A stretch of DNA of 64,000 nt from Bacilli bacterium (GTDB taxonomy: Bacteria > Bacillota_I > Bacilli_A > RFN20 > CAG-826). The notes below the pieces were generated by a model. That model was not told the DNA's origin. It did not search any database and saw only the letters and a list, made by a program, of their open reading frames with translations. Below, piece after piece: positions 9,316-19,717 of the stretch (within the stretch, counting starts at the first letter, position 1; each line of letters opens with the position of its first letter). Location: assembly GCA_045222195.1 (NCBI GenBank), contig JBGUXN010000028.1:41045-105044 (forward strand). The letters are read 5' to 3'. The translations under genes and the position numbers were made by a program.

Positions 9316-10113
9316 GGATTCAGGACTGTCGTTAGACGGTCTTTTTTTATTCGCTAAATATTTGGCGCCGATAATTAAGAAATGCATAGCAACGCCAGTA
9401 ATGACATAACAAGAGACCACTATTAAAGTCCAGACGAGATGATGAACATTTTCAGAAATGATTTTTAATACTGGGAAAGTATGTCCATCATAGAAGTAGA
9501 AATAGTCACAACCAGTAAAGGCATCAAATATCCACATCATGGTACCTAAAATACCAAACGCTAATAAACCATATTTGATATCTTGGATTTTAATATCGTA
9601 ATAGTCTGTGACCACCATTATTAAAGGAACAATCACAATTAATATGTGAATTATAAGAGATTGCATGCCAACAAACGAGAAAACAGAGCTGCCTACAGGG
9701 GGCACACCCACAAATAATGTAATGAACCCAATAATCATATTAATGATTACTAGGAAGTTTCTAGCCATGGTTTGGATGATTTTGTTTTTCGCAAACATCG
9801 CAATAGGGAAAACATATATAAACATCAAACAGCTATGGAAAGGTAGCATCTTTTCAATTTCAAACGGATGATTTGTGGGATCCGTAATACATTGAATATA
9901 TGTAACGAGATAATAAATAAAAACAACAGTAGTACCGAAAGCCCATAAAGAAATAAGCACTATTTTAATGGTTTTCTCTGACTTTTTTCTTAAATAGAAG
10001 GCTAACACCACACCAATAGCTAACAAAATAAAAACACTTAACAGGTGATCTAATTTAAAGGCATATGTTGGTCCGGGTCTATTAAACCAGTCAGGGGCAT
10101 TAAAGAAATCCAT
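9307..10113 (-). CDS. polytopic integral membrane protein (YwaF/TMEM164-like?), function unknown
   Basis: 268 aa, ~7 hydrophobic helices; family assignment from memory only. Confidence 0.45.
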   Translation of the reverse strand: MDFFNAPDWFNRPGPTYAFKLDHLLSVFILLAIGVVLAFYLRKKSEKTIKIVLISLWAFGTTVVFIYYLVTYIQCITDPTNHPFEIEKMLPFHSCLMFIYVFPIAMFAKNKIIQTMARNFLVIINMIIGFITLFVGVPPVGSSVFSFVGMQSLIIHILIVIVPLIMVVTDYYDIKIQDIKYGLLAFGILGTMMWIFDAFTGCDYFYFYDGHTFPVLKIISENVHHLVWTLIVVSCYVITGVAMHFLIIGAKYLANKKRPSNDSPESLK

Positions 10114-10124
10114 ATCTTACTCCC

Positions 10125-10790
10125 CTATTCTAATTTATTGATTAACTCACTAAAGTCGTTGATAAAGAGCAAGGAGTTATTCTTTTTGTCTTGGTTATAC
10201 TCTTTAGAGGCGTTATCATAAACCGCAACTGTGATGAAGCCACTTCTATTCGCGGTCTTTACACACATAGGCATATCTTCTAAAACTAGAACGTTCTCTG
10301 GTTTTTCACCCATTAGCTTCGCTAAATCTAAATAAATCTTGGCACTTTGTTTGCCTTCTTTGGCGGAGTTAACATCCGCGATGAAATCAAAGTATTCACC
10401 GATATTAAGTCTATCGATACATGGTTTATATAATGGTTCATCATTAGCTGTGGCAATCGCCATCTTAATATTGTTTTGTTTAAAGATTTTCAAAAGTTCT
10501 AAAGCATGTGGTTTTAATTCCACGTTATAGCGGTACATATCAATGGACATGTTGTGCCATTCATCCATGATATCTTGGATACTTTCTTCTAGGTGGTATG
10601 TTTCTTTAGTGTATATCGCGGCTTGTTTTAAACCAAGGTGAACAATGTGTTGGGCGTAATCATTTGGTAATTCCATACCTCTTTTAGCGAAGAAATTAAC
10701 ATCGATTTCATGCCAAATACCGGTGGAATCGATTAAGGTTCCATCCATATCGAAGATGACCGCTTTAATTTCATGTCCTAAAAGTTTCAT
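10125..10790 (-). CDS. HAD-superfamily hydrolase (beta-phosphoglucomutase-like)
   Basis: Begins with the HAD motif-I nucleophile segment VIFDMDGTLIDS; ~220 aa, typical HAD subfamily IA size. Confidence 0.75.
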   Translation of the reverse strand: MKLLGHEIKAVIFDMDGTLIDSTGIWHEIDVNFFAKRGMELPNDYAQHIVHLGLKQAAIYTKETYHLEESIQDIMDEWHNMSIDMYRYNVELKPHALELLKIFKQNNIKMAIATANDEPLYKPCIDRLNIGEYFDFIADVNSAKEGKQSAKIYLDLAKLMGEKPENVLVLEDMPMCVKTANRSGFITVAVYDNASKEYNQDKKNNSLLFINDFSELINKLE

Positions 10791-11494
10791 AATGTTTCGA
10801 TTTCACCACTATCAATATGTAATAACATATCACTAGTTTTAATCTGTAAAAAGTAATTCGCATCAATTCCTAACACTTCACCAATAAATGGCTCATCATT
10901 AACCATGACTTTAACTCTTTTATTTAACAAATAATTATGGTTTCTAAAGTATTCTAAATATTGTTCTTCATCTAGATTAGATAAATCACGAACGATATTA
11001 GAGAAGAGTTTTTGCTCAATTTCATCAATATTAAAGTCTTTATTAGCCTCAAGGGATAAAGAAGTCGCGGGTCTTCTTAAACCATCAGGAAAAACCTTTT
11101 GATTAACGTTTAAACCAATACCAACGACAACATATTCAAGTATTTGACCTTCCAAAAGAATGCCACATACCTTTTTTTCGTTCATTAAGACGTCATTAGG
11201 CCATTTTATTGAAACACCTGTAAATTGATACTCTTCTAGGAGTTTGGCCACTTCTATCGCGCTTATAATTGATAAAGCGTGGAACTTCTTTAATAGATCT
11301 TGGTCTTTGATTAAAAACGAAAACATTAGGTTCTCGCCTTCATTGCTTGACCAAACTCGATCATTTCTACCTTTACCGTTGGTTTGATAGTCTGCGATGA
11401 CAAAGGTGAAGTTATCTAAAAGCTTATAGCTATTTTTTAAATAGTTATTCGTGGAATCTATTTGTTTAAACTTAATGACATGAAAACCACTCAT
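10787..11494 (-). CDS. birA: biotin--[acetyl-CoA-carboxylase] ligase (group I, no DNA-binding domain)
   Basis: BPL domain (KFKQIDSTNNYLKN..., GKGRNDRVW, KWPNDVL). The internal ATG (MSGFHVIKF...) abuts the degV stop; the 33-aa N-terminal extension in the track ORF overlaps degV and is probably spurious. Confidence 0.75.
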   Translation of the reverse strand: MSGFHVIKFKQIDSTNNYLKNSYKLLDNFTFVIADYQTNGKGRNDRVWSSNEGENLMFSFLIKDQDLLKKFHALSIISAIEVAKLLEEYQFTGVSIKWPNDVLMNEKKVCGILLEGQILEYVVVGIGLNVNQKVFPDGLRRPATSLSLEANKDFNIDEIEQKLFSNIVRDLSNLDEEQYLEYFRNHNYLLNKRVKVMVNDEPFIGEVLGIDANYFLQIKTSDMLLHIDSGEIETL

Positions 11495-11495
11495 C

Positions 11496-12389
11496 TTATT
11501 TCTTGAGATTTTCACTATCGACAGTGACTTCTTTACCTTCAAAGAAGACGCCGTACATACCTGGACCACAAGAGATACCCACAATTGGTCCAATCCAGAA
11601 TTCTTCTACTGGAATATGTAATTCTTCTTCAATTCTGCGTTTGAAATAGGCTTGAGCGTCTTTGGCCATAGCTTGGCCAACATAGCAAACCTTAGTTCTT
11701 TCATTAATGTTTTCTTTGATATATTCAAAGCTCGCCTCCAAAGCGGCTTTTGAACCTCTCACTTTTTTAAAAACATAGTTATGACCGTGTACATCAAACA
11801 TGATGATTGGTTTTAAGGAAATCAAATTACCAAAGAAGGCTGCCGCACCACTGACTCTACCAGCGGCTTTTAAATAAGTTAATGTTTCTAACGAACCAAC
11901 TTCATGGAAATATTGTTGATTATCATAGACCCACTTTTCCACTTCTTCGATGGATTTACCTTGTTCTTGAAGTTCGGCAGCGTGTAAAACGATTAAACCA
12001 AGCGACATGTTCGCTCTTTTGCCGTCAATACCAATGATTTTGCGTTCAGGATATTTTTCTTGGAGCTCTTCTTTGACTAGTCTAAATGCATTTAAAGAAG
12101 CGCTTAACGCTGTTGTGCAGGCAATATATAAGATATCAATGCCTTGTTTGAGGTATTCTTCACATCTAGTTAAATATTCACCATAGGTGATGAGAGAAGT
12201 CTTGCAATGATTGTTTAAATCTTTAACCCAACCATAGAGTTCTTCTGGAGAATAGACTTCCCAATCCATATCCGCAGGTTTGACTTCGCCTTTGATGACG
12301 ATTTCCATTCTAAAATATTGGATATTATATTTTTGTCTTAGTTCTTTTGATAAGTCAGTACTAGAATCAGTAAATATTTGATAGGCCAT
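11496..12389 (-). CDS. DegV-family fatty-acid-binding protein
   Basis: 297 aa. The DegV N-terminus reads MAYQIFTDSSTDLSKELRQKYNIQY. Confidence 0.85.
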   Translation of the reverse strand: MAYQIFTDSSTDLSKELRQKYNIQYFRMEIVIKGEVKPADMDWEVYSPEELYGWVKDLNNHCKTSLITYGEYLTRCEEYLKQGIDILYIACTTALSASLNAFRLVKEELQEKYPERKIIGIDGKRANMSLGLIVLHAAELQEQGKSIEEVEKWVYDNQQYFHEVGSLETLTYLKAAGRVSGAAAFFGNLISLKPIIMFDVHGHNYVFKKVRGSKAALEASFEYIKENINERTKVCYVGQAMAKDAQAYFKRRIEEELHIPVEEFWIGPIVGISCGPGMYGVFFEGKEVTVDSENLKK

Positions 12390-12466
12390 AATTATAATTT
12401 CCTTCTCTATTTAAAAATAGATTAACGAATTAGATATATTTATACAAATACGAAGAAGCAAAACAA

Positions 12467-13186
12467 TTACTTATCAGCGAGACTGTTAATTAATATGCGC
12501 ATTGCTTCCGCCATTTCTTGATAGCTTCCGTATTTATTTTTTAATTCTGAATATCTTATTCCTTCACTAACAATGAAAAGGTTTTTCTTGCGATTAAGAT
12601 AAGTAGCGTACACCAGCATATCTTTGCCTTGTTTATAAAGGATATCTAAGAAAGAGGCAAAACCTGGATGTAAACCTGTTAATTGATCCATATAGCCTTT
12701 AGAGGAATCTTCTGGATAGATAATGATATCTCTTCCTTCTTCCACCGCTTTTAATGTTCTTTTAATTGTGGAATAGAAACGATAATCAGTATAAGTAGGA
12801 ATAATTCTCATGCCCCTAAAAAACATATTAGCGAAAGGCGCCGCTAAAGAAGCAACAATAAAAGCAAAGAACTTTGGCATATGTTTCTTTTCATGATAAT
12901 AAGTGGTTCTTAAATATTTATGAGCGGCCTTAAAACCTTCAGCGGTTTCGTGAGTACCCCACATTCTAAAGTCGCGTGGATAATGTAATTCTAATTTAAC
13001 TGGTGTTTGCTTCCCAACGTGATTGGCGAGAAGCATAATAGGTTCATCTGGAAACTGTTCACCAAGAAACTTTACTTTCGGTTTTCTAACGATGATGTGA
13101 TTTAAAAAAGAGGCAAATTTGAAAGACAACCTCTTACGGTTTCTTTCTAAGTTATCTATATTTGGTTTTCTCTCTTTTTTGGCCAT
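12467..13186 (-). CDS. putative lysophospholipid/glycerol-phosphate acyltransferase (divergent PlsC-like)
   Basis: ANHVGKQT (H of the HX4D block present, D not obvious) and YPEDSSKGY (motif III-like). Weak assignment. Confidence 0.35.
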   Translation of the reverse strand: MAKKERKPNIDNLERNRKRLSFKFASFLNHIIVRKPKVKFLGEQFPDEPIMLLANHVGKQTPVKLELHYPRDFRMWGTHETAEGFKAAHKYLRTTYYHEKKHMPKFFAFIVASLAAPFANMFFRGMRIIPTYTDYRFYSTIKRTLKAVEEGRDIIIYPEDSSKGYMDQLTGLHPGFASFLDILYKQGKDMLVYATYLNRKKNLFIVSEGIRYSELKNKYGSYQEMAEAMRILINSLADK

Positions 13187-13244
13187 TTGATGTTTGTAAA
13201 CATTTAGTTCATTCTATCACAAATATAGATTGAAAAGAGAGGTA

Positions 13245-13410
13245 TTATAAATAACCGTATTCTTCAAGAAGATTGATGACCATGTCGTTGATGCCTTTTT
13301 CGCTTAGCCCATCGCAACCGGATTCAGTAGCGATTTCATCGCCATCCACAGAGACATGCAAAACACCGTCTTCATCGACGTAATAATCTACGTTAGGTAA
13401 AAATCTCATA
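13245..13410 (-). CDS. possible small acidic protein (54 aa: MRFLPNVDYYVDEDGVLHVSVDGDEIATESGCDGLSEKGINDMVINLLEEYGYL)
   Basis: ORF between two terminators, not in track (<60 aa); weak RBS; protein-like, acidic composition. Confidence 0.25.
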
Positions 13411-13421
13411 TCCACTTATAT

Positions 13422-13457
13422 AATAACAAAAAACCAGGTTGCGACACCTGGTATTTG
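13422..13457 (-). terminator. intrinsic terminator after oadB (hairpin ACCAGGT-gtcgcaa-ACCTGGT + TTTTTTGTT; bidirectional)
   Basis: Hairpin + U-tract immediately after oadB stop. Confidence 0.5.
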
Positions 13458-13459
13458 TT

Positions 13460-14842
13460 TTATGCGAATAATAAGAGGAGAACACCCGCTGCAACTGCTG
13501 AGCCGATAACACCAGCCACGTTAGGCCCCATCGCATGCATTAATAAGAAGTTTGTTGGATCTTCTCTAAGGCCTTCTTTATGAACGACACGAGCCGCCAT
13601 TGGAACAGCGGAGACACCAGCGGCGCCAATCATTGGGTTAACTTTACCTTTTGTAAGGACGCACATGAGCTTGCCACCCAAGACACCTGCGGCAGTCGCA
13701 ATTGAGAAGGCAACAATACCTAAGACGAAGATAAGAATGGTATCAAGAGTTAAGAATGTCGCCGCATCAGCGGTACAGCCAACACAAACACCTAATAAAA
13801 TGGTCACGATATACATTAAGCTATTGGCTAATGTTTGTGTAATTTTTGGTACGACACCCGATTCTTTAATTAAGTTACCAAGCATTAAGCAACCGATTAA
13901 TGGCGCAGCACTTGGAACGATAAGAACGGTAATCGCAGTAACAACGATTGGGAAGAGAATCTTTTCTGTTTTAGAAACTTCTCTTGGGGTTTCCATCTTA
14001 ATAGCTCTTTCCTTTTTAGTAGTTAATAACCTGATAATTGGAGGTTGAATAACTGGCACTAAAGCCATATATGAATACGCGACAATCGCGATTGAAGATA
14101 AGTATTCTGGTGCTAATTTAGTTGTAACTAAGATAGCGGTAGGACCATCCGCACCACCGATGATACCAATCGCAGATGCGATACGGGCATCAAAGTTGGT
14201 CCAGCCTAAGCAGTTCTTACCTAAGGCAATGGCGCCCACAAAGGTAATGAAGATGCCGATTTGCGCGGCAGCGCCTAGTAACATGGTCTTCTTATTCGCG
14301 ATTAATGGACCAAAGTCAGTTGTGGCCCCAATGCATAAGAAGATAAGGCATGGGTATATACCCCATTTAACTCCGTAATATAAATATCCGAAGATTCCTG
14401 TATAGTCATAACTATATAAATGTTGAATATCTGAAACATTTCTCGCAGTGAAGTTTAATGTTGCTGGAACATTATCTAAGAAATCCGCGTCCATCACTAA
14501 GTCATTTAATTGCTTAGTTGTGGCGCTACTAACCCCTAGCTGTTCAAACAGGTATTCACTTTGACTATTAGTAAGTCCGACTGCCGCTGCTAAAGAAATA
14601 GCGTTGTACTCAGTTGTACCTTTCGCAAATATTTCTTTAGCGACGAATGGTAAGTTGACCAATAACATACCAAAGGCAATAGGAAGTAATAGATATGGTT
14701 CAAAATCTTTTTTAATAGCGAGGAAAAGTAAAACACACGCTACCACAATCATGATGAGATTGAGCCAGCCACCTTTTGCAAAGAAGCCCGCTATACCGGA
14801 ACCTTGGAAAAACGCAACAATTGTATTCCAAATTTTTTCCAT
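13460..14842 (-). CDS. oadB: Na+-translocating oxaloacetate (or related) decarboxylase, beta subunit
   Basis: 460 aa polytopic; OadB/GcdB family N-terminus MEKIWNTIVAFFQGSGIAGFF... and conserved membrane core. Confidence 0.85.
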   Translation of the reverse strand: MEKIWNTIVAFFQGSGIAGFFAKGGWLNLIMIVVACVLLFLAIKKDFEPYLLLPIAFGMLLVNLPFVAKEIFAKGTTEYNAISLAAAVGLTNSQSEYLFEQLGVSSATTKQLNDLVMDADFLDNVPATLNFTARNVSDIQHLYSYDYTGIFGYLYYGVKWGIYPCLIFLCIGATTDFGPLIANKKTMLLGAAAQIGIFITFVGAIALGKNCLGWTNFDARIASAIGIIGGADGPTAILVTTKLAPEYLSSIAIVAYSYMALVPVIQPPIIRLLTTKKERAIKMETPREVSKTEKILFPIVVTAITVLIVPSAAPLIGCLMLGNLIKESGVVPKITQTLANSLMYIVTILLGVCVGCTADAATFLTLDTILIFVLGIVAFSIATAAGVLGGKLMCVLTKGKVNPMIGAAGVSAVPMAARVVHKEGLREDPTNFLLMHAMGPNVAGVIGSAVAAGVLLLLFA

Positions 14843-14851
14843 AATAATTCT

Positions 14852-15196
14852 CTATTCAATAATGATGATTGGTTCCTTAGCTTTAACGTTTTGACCTTTG
14901 GTCACTAAGATTTCCGCCACTTCGCCTTCAAATGGAGAAACGACTTCATTTTCAAGTTTCATCGCTTCGATGATTAATAAGACATCGCCTTTTTTGACTT
15001 TGTCACCAACTTTGACTTTGAGATTGGTCACTTGGCCTTGGATTGGAGAAACGACTTCTTTAGCACCATCGTTATTGATGATCTTTTTGGTTTCTTGTTT
15101 CTTCTTTTCTTCTAATGGAGCGGTGTCCACTTGTTCAATGGCTTCTAATTCCACACGATATGATTTACCATTGACTTTAATTTTGTAAATTTTCAT
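14852..15196 (-). CDS. biotin carboxyl carrier (biotinyl domain) subunit of the decarboxylase
   Basis: 114 aa with biotin-attachment motif EAMKLENE and P/E-rich linker. Confidence 0.8.
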   Translation of the reverse strand: MKIYKIKVNGKSYRVELEAIEQVDTAPLEEKKKQETKKIINNDGAKEVVSPIQGQVTNLKVKVGDKVKKGDVLLIIEAMKLENEVVSPFEGEVAEILVTKGQNVKAKEPIIIIE

Positions 15197-15199
15197 ACA

Positions 15200-15499
15200 T
15201 TAATCCTCAATTCTTTTAATCGAAACAATGCGCACGTCCTTGCCGGTTTCACGATAAAACTCCATAGTTGCCACTAAAGCGGCCACGACAGCGTTTTCAT
15301 CTTCGCTAAGAATCTTATTTTCTTCTTTAGGTAAGATATTCGTTCTGGCATCGATTTTTTCCATGCCTTTTTGAAATAACCAAGTGATAAAAATAATGAC
15401 GCTTAGGACAAGGAAGACGATAAAGATAGCGACGATAGCCACTAATAAGGCTTCGCCGACATTCATTGATTCCCAATTATCCCAAACTGCTAAGAACAT
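15200..15499 (-). CDS. OadG-like small membrane anchor subunit
   Basis: 99 aa, single N-terminal TM, position between alpha and biotin-carrier genes. Confidence 0.55.
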   Translation of the reverse strand: MFLAVWDNWESMNVGEALLVAIVAIFIVFLVLSVIIFITWLFQKGMEKIDARTNILPKEENKILSEDENAVVAALVATMEFYRETGKDVRIVSIKRIED

Positions 15500-15501
15500 A
15501 A

Positions 15502-16872
15502 CTATGCCTCAACACGAATGATGGTTGGAATCGCATCTTCGTTTCTTTGTTCAATAAATTTAATGGCGACATCGCCAAATAAAGCGATGGATAAAACATC
15601 TTCATCGCTCTTAGCGATATCTTTGTATTGTTTCTTTAAAGCTTCAAATTCTGGTTTAAGATCATCCGCTGGGCGATAATCAATGACTTTATCATCACCA
15701 ATAATCTTATGACGGATTTCTTCATTAACTGGTGCTGGAGCGCGACCATACTTACCATGTAAGTAATCGTTAATTTCTTTTGGCACCATCTTATATCTTT
15801 CACCAGAAAGTACGTTAAGAACCGCTTGTGTACCAACCATTTGTGATAATGGAGTAACAAGTGGAGGATAGCCCATATCTTTACGGACATTAGGAACTTC
15901 TTGAAGGACTTCATCAAGTCTATCGGAAGCATCTTGTTGCTTTAATTGGTTGATTAAGTTAGAAAGCATGCCACCAGGAACTTGATATTTAATGATGTTG
16001 GCGTTAACGGATAAAACTTTTGGATTAAGTAAACCGTTAGCGATGTATTTGGCTTTAACTGGGGCTAATTTAGCCGCCGCAGCATTAAGCATTTCGGTAT
16101 TAAGTTTTGGATCGTATTCTGTACCTTGAAGGGCAAAATTAAGTGATTCAGTACATGGTTGAGAAGTACCACCACTTAATGGAGAAATGGCGCAGTCGAC
16201 AATATCAACGCCCGCTTCAATGGCTTTTAAATATGTCATTTCGCATAAGCCACCTGTGCAGTGAGAATGTAATTCGATAGGTAATTTTGTGTTTTTCTTT
16301 AAAGCGCTTATTAATTCATAAGCCGCAGTTGGAAGCATGACACCCGCCATATCTTTAATACAAATTGAGTCAGCACCCATCTTTTCGATTTCTTTTGCTA
16401 AATCGACATAATATTGGACGGTATGAACTGGAGAAGTTGTATAAGATAAAGCGATTTGACATTCGCCACCATATTTCTTCGTGGCTTTAACAGCGCATTC
16501 TAAGTTACGAATATCATTTAAAGCATCGAAGATACGAATGATATCGATACCGTTTTTAATTGATTTTTCAACAAACTTTTCAACGACATCATCGGCGTAA
16601 TGTCTATAACCGAGAATATTTTGACCACGGAAAAGCATTTGTAATTTTGTTTTTTTACAAACTTTTTTCGCTAATCTTAATCTTTCCCATGGGTCTTCGT
16701 TTAAGAATCTTAAACAGGAATCGAAAGTCGCACCACCCCAAATTTCAATGGCGTGATAACCAACTTGGTCGAGTTCCTTTAACGCTAAAAGAACTTCTTC
16801 GGTATTCATTCTTGTAGCGAACAATGATTGATGGCCATCTCTTAGGCCAGTTTCAACTACTTTAACACCCAT
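15502..16872 (-). CDS. oadA: oxaloacetate decarboxylase alpha / pyruvate-carboxylase-B-type carboxyltransferase (5S) subunit
   Basis: 456 aa; pyruvate carboxyltransferase (HMGL-like) domain (GLRDGHQSL..., HCTGG.. 'HSHCTGGL') without its own biotinyl domain. Confidence 0.85.
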   Translation of the reverse strand: MGVKVVETGLRDGHQSLFATRMNTEEVLLALKELDQVGYHAIEIWGGATFDSCLRFLNEDPWERLRLAKKVCKKTKLQMLFRGQNILGYRHYADDVVEKFVEKSIKNGIDIIRIFDALNDIRNLECAVKATKKYGGECQIALSYTTSPVHTVQYYVDLAKEIEKMGADSICIKDMAGVMLPTAAYELISALKKNTKLPIELHSHCTGGLCEMTYLKAIEAGVDIVDCAISPLSGGTSQPCTESLNFALQGTEYDPKLNTEMLNAAAAKLAPVKAKYIANGLLNPKVLSVNANIIKYQVPGGMLSNLINQLKQQDASDRLDEVLQEVPNVRKDMGYPPLVTPLSQMVGTQAVLNVLSGERYKMVPKEINDYLHGKYGRAPAPVNEEIRHKIIGDDKVIDYRPADDLKPEFEALKKQYKDIAKSDEDVLSIALFGDVAIKFIEQRNEDAIPTIIRVEA

Positions 16873-16886
16873 AATAATCCTTTGAA

Positions 16887-18494
16887 TTATTTAACTTTTG
16901 GACCAGCTTTGACTAAAGCTTTACCCGCTTCGTTAGATTCATATTTCACAAAGTTCTTCACAAATCTAGAAGCTAAGTCTTGGGCTTTTTCATCCCAGAC
17001 CTTCTTATCAGCGTAGGTGTCTCTTGGATCTAAGATCTTTGGATCAACGCCTGGAAGTTCGGTTGGGACTTCAAAATCAAAGACTGGAATCTTCTTAGTT
17101 GGAGCTTTGTTGATGGAGCCATCTAAGATAGCATCGATGATGCCACGTGTATCTTTAATGGAGATACGTTTGCCTGTACCATTCCAACCAGTATTAACTA
17201 AGTAGGCTTTAGCACCACTTAATTTCATTTTCTTCACTAATTCTTCAGCGTACTTTGTTGGATGTAATTCTAAGAAGGCTTGACCAAAGCAAGCGGAGAA
17301 GGTTGGTGTTGGTTCGGTAATACCTCTTTCGGTGCCCGCGAGTTTCGCGGTGAAACCACTTAAGAAGTAATATTGTGTTTGTTCTGGAGTTAAGATGCTA
17401 ACTGGTGGGAGAACACCAAAGGCATCAGCGGATAAGAAGATAACGTTTTTCGCGTGTGGACCATGAGAGATTGGTTTAACAATCTTTTCAATATGGTTGA
17501 TTGGATAAGAAACACGTGTATTTTCTGTGACCGATTTATCAGCGAAGTTAATCTTACCGTTTTCATCAACAGTGACGTTTTCTAATAAAGCGTTTCTACG
17601 AATAGCGTTATAGATATCTGGTTCGCTATCTTTATCTAAGTTAATGACTTTTGCGTAGCAACCACCTTCAAGGTTGAAGACACCATTGTCATCCCAGCCG
17701 TGTTCGTCATCACCGATGAGGAGTCTCTTTGGATCGGTTGATAAGGTTGTTTTACCTGTGCCACTTAAACCGAAGAAGATGGCGGTATTTTCACCATTCA
17801 TATCGGTATTAGCGGAGCAGTGCATGCTAGCAATGCCTTTAAGTGGCAAATAGTAGTTCATCATCGAGAACATACCTTTTTTCATTTCACCACCATACCA
17901 AGTGTTAAGAATGACTTGTTCTTTACTTGTGATGTTGAAAGCGACGCATGTTTCACTATTTAAACCTAATTCTTTATAATTTTCGACTTTCGCTAAGGAA
18001 GCGGTATAGACGATAAAGTCTGGTTTGAAGTTCTTTAATTCTTCTTCTGTTGGTTTGATGAACATATTTCTCACGAAATGTGCTTGCCAAGCGACTTCCA
18101 TGATGAAGCGAACCGCCATTCTTGTGTCTTTGTTAGCACCACAGAAGGCATCGACGACGAATAATCTCTTATTTGATAATTCTTTTTGCGCTAAAGCTTT
18201 GACTTTGGCCCAAACATCTTCACTCATTGGGTGGTTGTCGTTTTTGTAACCTTCAGAAGTCCACCACACTGTGTCCTTACTATTTTCATCAACGACGATG
18301 TATTTATCTTTAGGAGAACGACCTGTATAGATACCTGTCATGACGTTAACAGCGTCTAATTCAGTTAATTGGCCCTTCTCATAACCAGTTAATTCTTTTT
18401 TCATTTCTTCTTCGAAAAGAAGTTCATAGGATGGATTATAAACAATCTCTTTTACATCCTTAATACCATACTTGCTTAAGTCGATATTTGACAT
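16887..18494 (-). CDS. pckA: phosphoenolpyruvate carboxykinase (ATP)
   Basis: 535 aa; PckA kinase-1a motif [11 protein letters not shown] and conserved core. Confidence 0.9.
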   Translation of the reverse strand: MSNIDLSKYGIKDVKEIVYNPSYELLFEEEMKKELTGYEKGQLTELDAVNVMTGIYTGRSPKDKYIVVDENSKDTVWWTSEGYKNDNHPMSEDVWAKVKALAQKELSNKRLFVVDAFCGANKDTRMAVRFIMEVAWQAHFVRNMFIKPTEEELKNFKPDFIVYTASLAKVENYKELGLNSETCVAFNITSKEQVILNTWYGGEMKKGMFSMMNYYLPLKGIASMHCSANTDMNGENTAIFFGLSGTGKTTLSTDPKRLLIGDDEHGWDDNGVFNLEGGCYAKVINLDKDSEPDIYNAIRRNALLENVTVDENGKINFADKSVTENTRVSYPINHIEKIVKPISHGPHAKNVIFLSADAFGVLPPVSILTPEQTQYYFLSGFTAKLAGTERGITEPTPTFSACFGQAFLELHPTKYAEELVKKMKLSGAKAYLVNTGWNGTGKRISIKDTRGIIDAILDGSINKAPTKKIPVFDFEVPTELPGVDPKILDPRDTYADKKVWDEKAQDLASRFVKNFVKYESNEAGKALVKAGPKVK

Positions 18495-18632
18495 ATTAGT
18501 TATTCCTCTTTCTAGCGTTTTCTAAAAAACGCCCAAATCAAAGACATTGTATCACACCTAGTATTAGAAATTAATAGGTATACATAAAAAATTATGTAAG
18601 GTAGTGAATAGTTACTTCTTTGACAACTTTGG

Positions 18633-19094
18633 TTGCTTGCCTTAAAGTTTTATATCCTTATAATAAGAAGAATGAGCCCAAGTTTATTCTCATATCTCCT
18701 ATTGAATGTCTTTATCTCCGTGCTCGTAGGAGGCATTATTTTCATTCGCCTCGGTTATAAATTTCATAGAAAACTAGCTTTGATTAGAACCGGTTGGATT
18801 ATTCTTGGGGTTCTTTCGTTAGTAGTCACCGCTGGTCTAGTTTATTTATCATTCATGACCGGCATGATGATTGTATTCATCATTTTCTTAGTCCCACTAC
18901 TAATTTTGGTGGGTTTAATTTTGACATTAACTTTTGGCATATCTGATTTAGCAATTGGCTTTTCTAAACCAAGAAATCCTAAGAAGATTGCTAATGGTTT
19001 TATATTTATTGGCATAAATTTAGCAGTTGTGACCACTTTAATTGTCTTATTAGTGATGTTTACTACTGGCATCATTCCAATTAGACTCATGTAG
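18633..19094 (+). CDS. small membrane protein (4 TM), unknown function
   Basis: 153 aa hydrophobic ORF; TTG start per track. Confidence 0.45.
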   Translation: MLALKFYILIIRRMSPSLFSYLLLNVFISVLVGGIIFIRLGYKFHRKLALIRTGWIILGVLSLVVTAGLVYLSFMTGMMIVFIIFLVPLLILVGLILTLTFGISDLAIGFSKPRNPKKIANGFIFIGINLAVVTTLIVLLVMFTTGIIPIRLM

Positions 19095-19108
19095 TAAGAG
19101 GTACTTTT

Positions 19109-19573
19109 GTGGATCGCTTATTTATTTTAGGTTTTATAGCAGTTGTCTCTTTTCTTGTTTTTTCCGCTGTTCTTATCGAAATTGGTAAAAAGAAAAAGCA
19201 AAACGACCAAGACGGATTAACTTTATTGATTGTTGGTTGGATTTTATTAGTGCTTTCTATTGCGGGTGGTATTGCCGCGTTTATTGTCTATATTCATATT
19301 AACAGCGGTATTTTCGGTACCGTTTTATTTGCTGTTCTTTGCCCATTATTCATTATTGGAGGTTCAATAGGCTGTTTAGCAAGCGGTATTACTTCTTTAA
19401 CACATGGTTATAGGAGAAACAAAGAAGGATTAAGAGATAAAAACGAGATTGCAAAAGGATGGAGCATGCTCTCTCTTTCCGTTTTACTTGTCGTAGCAGT
19501 TATTGTGACTATCACATTACTATTAACAACTCAATCAAATGTTGGAGGCGACACACCAGTTGCCACTATGTAA
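19109..19573 (+). CDS. small membrane protein (4 TM), unknown function
   Basis: GTG start with AAGAGG RBS 7 nt upstream; paralogous-looking topology to preceding gene. Confidence 0.5.
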   Translation: MDRLFILGFIAVVSFLVFSAVLIEIGKKKKQNDQDGLTLLIVGWILLVLSIAGGIAAFIVYIHINSGIFGTVLFAVLCPLFIIGGSIGCLASGITSLTHGYRRNKEGLRDKNEIAKGWSMLSLSVLLVVAVIVTITLLLTTQSNVGGDTPVATM

Positions 19574-19575
19574 TT

Positions 19576-19716
19576 ATGAACGATACATTATTTAAAAGAA
19601 TTTTAATGATTATCTTTATTGTTGGTATTATCAGCATCATCACTCTTTTAATCGTTACCTTAGTGCTTTATAAGCAAGCCTCAATGATTACATTCATTGA
19701 AAAGGAGCTTTGGTAA
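19576..19716 (+). CDS. possible 46-aa single-TM miniprotein (MNDTLFKRILMIIFIVGIISIITLLIVTLVLYKQ...)
   Basis: Internal ATG of track ORF 19459-19716; abuts preceding and following genes. Confidence 0.3.
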   Translation: MNDTLFKRILMIIFIVGIISIITLLIVTLVLYKQASMITFIEKELW

Positions 19717-19717
19717 T

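Noticed and set aside
11495-11593. 33-aa N-terminal extension of birA overlapping degV
   Set aside because: BPL homology begins at the internal ATG (MSGFHVIKF...). The extension overlaps the degV C-terminus on the same strand in another frame.
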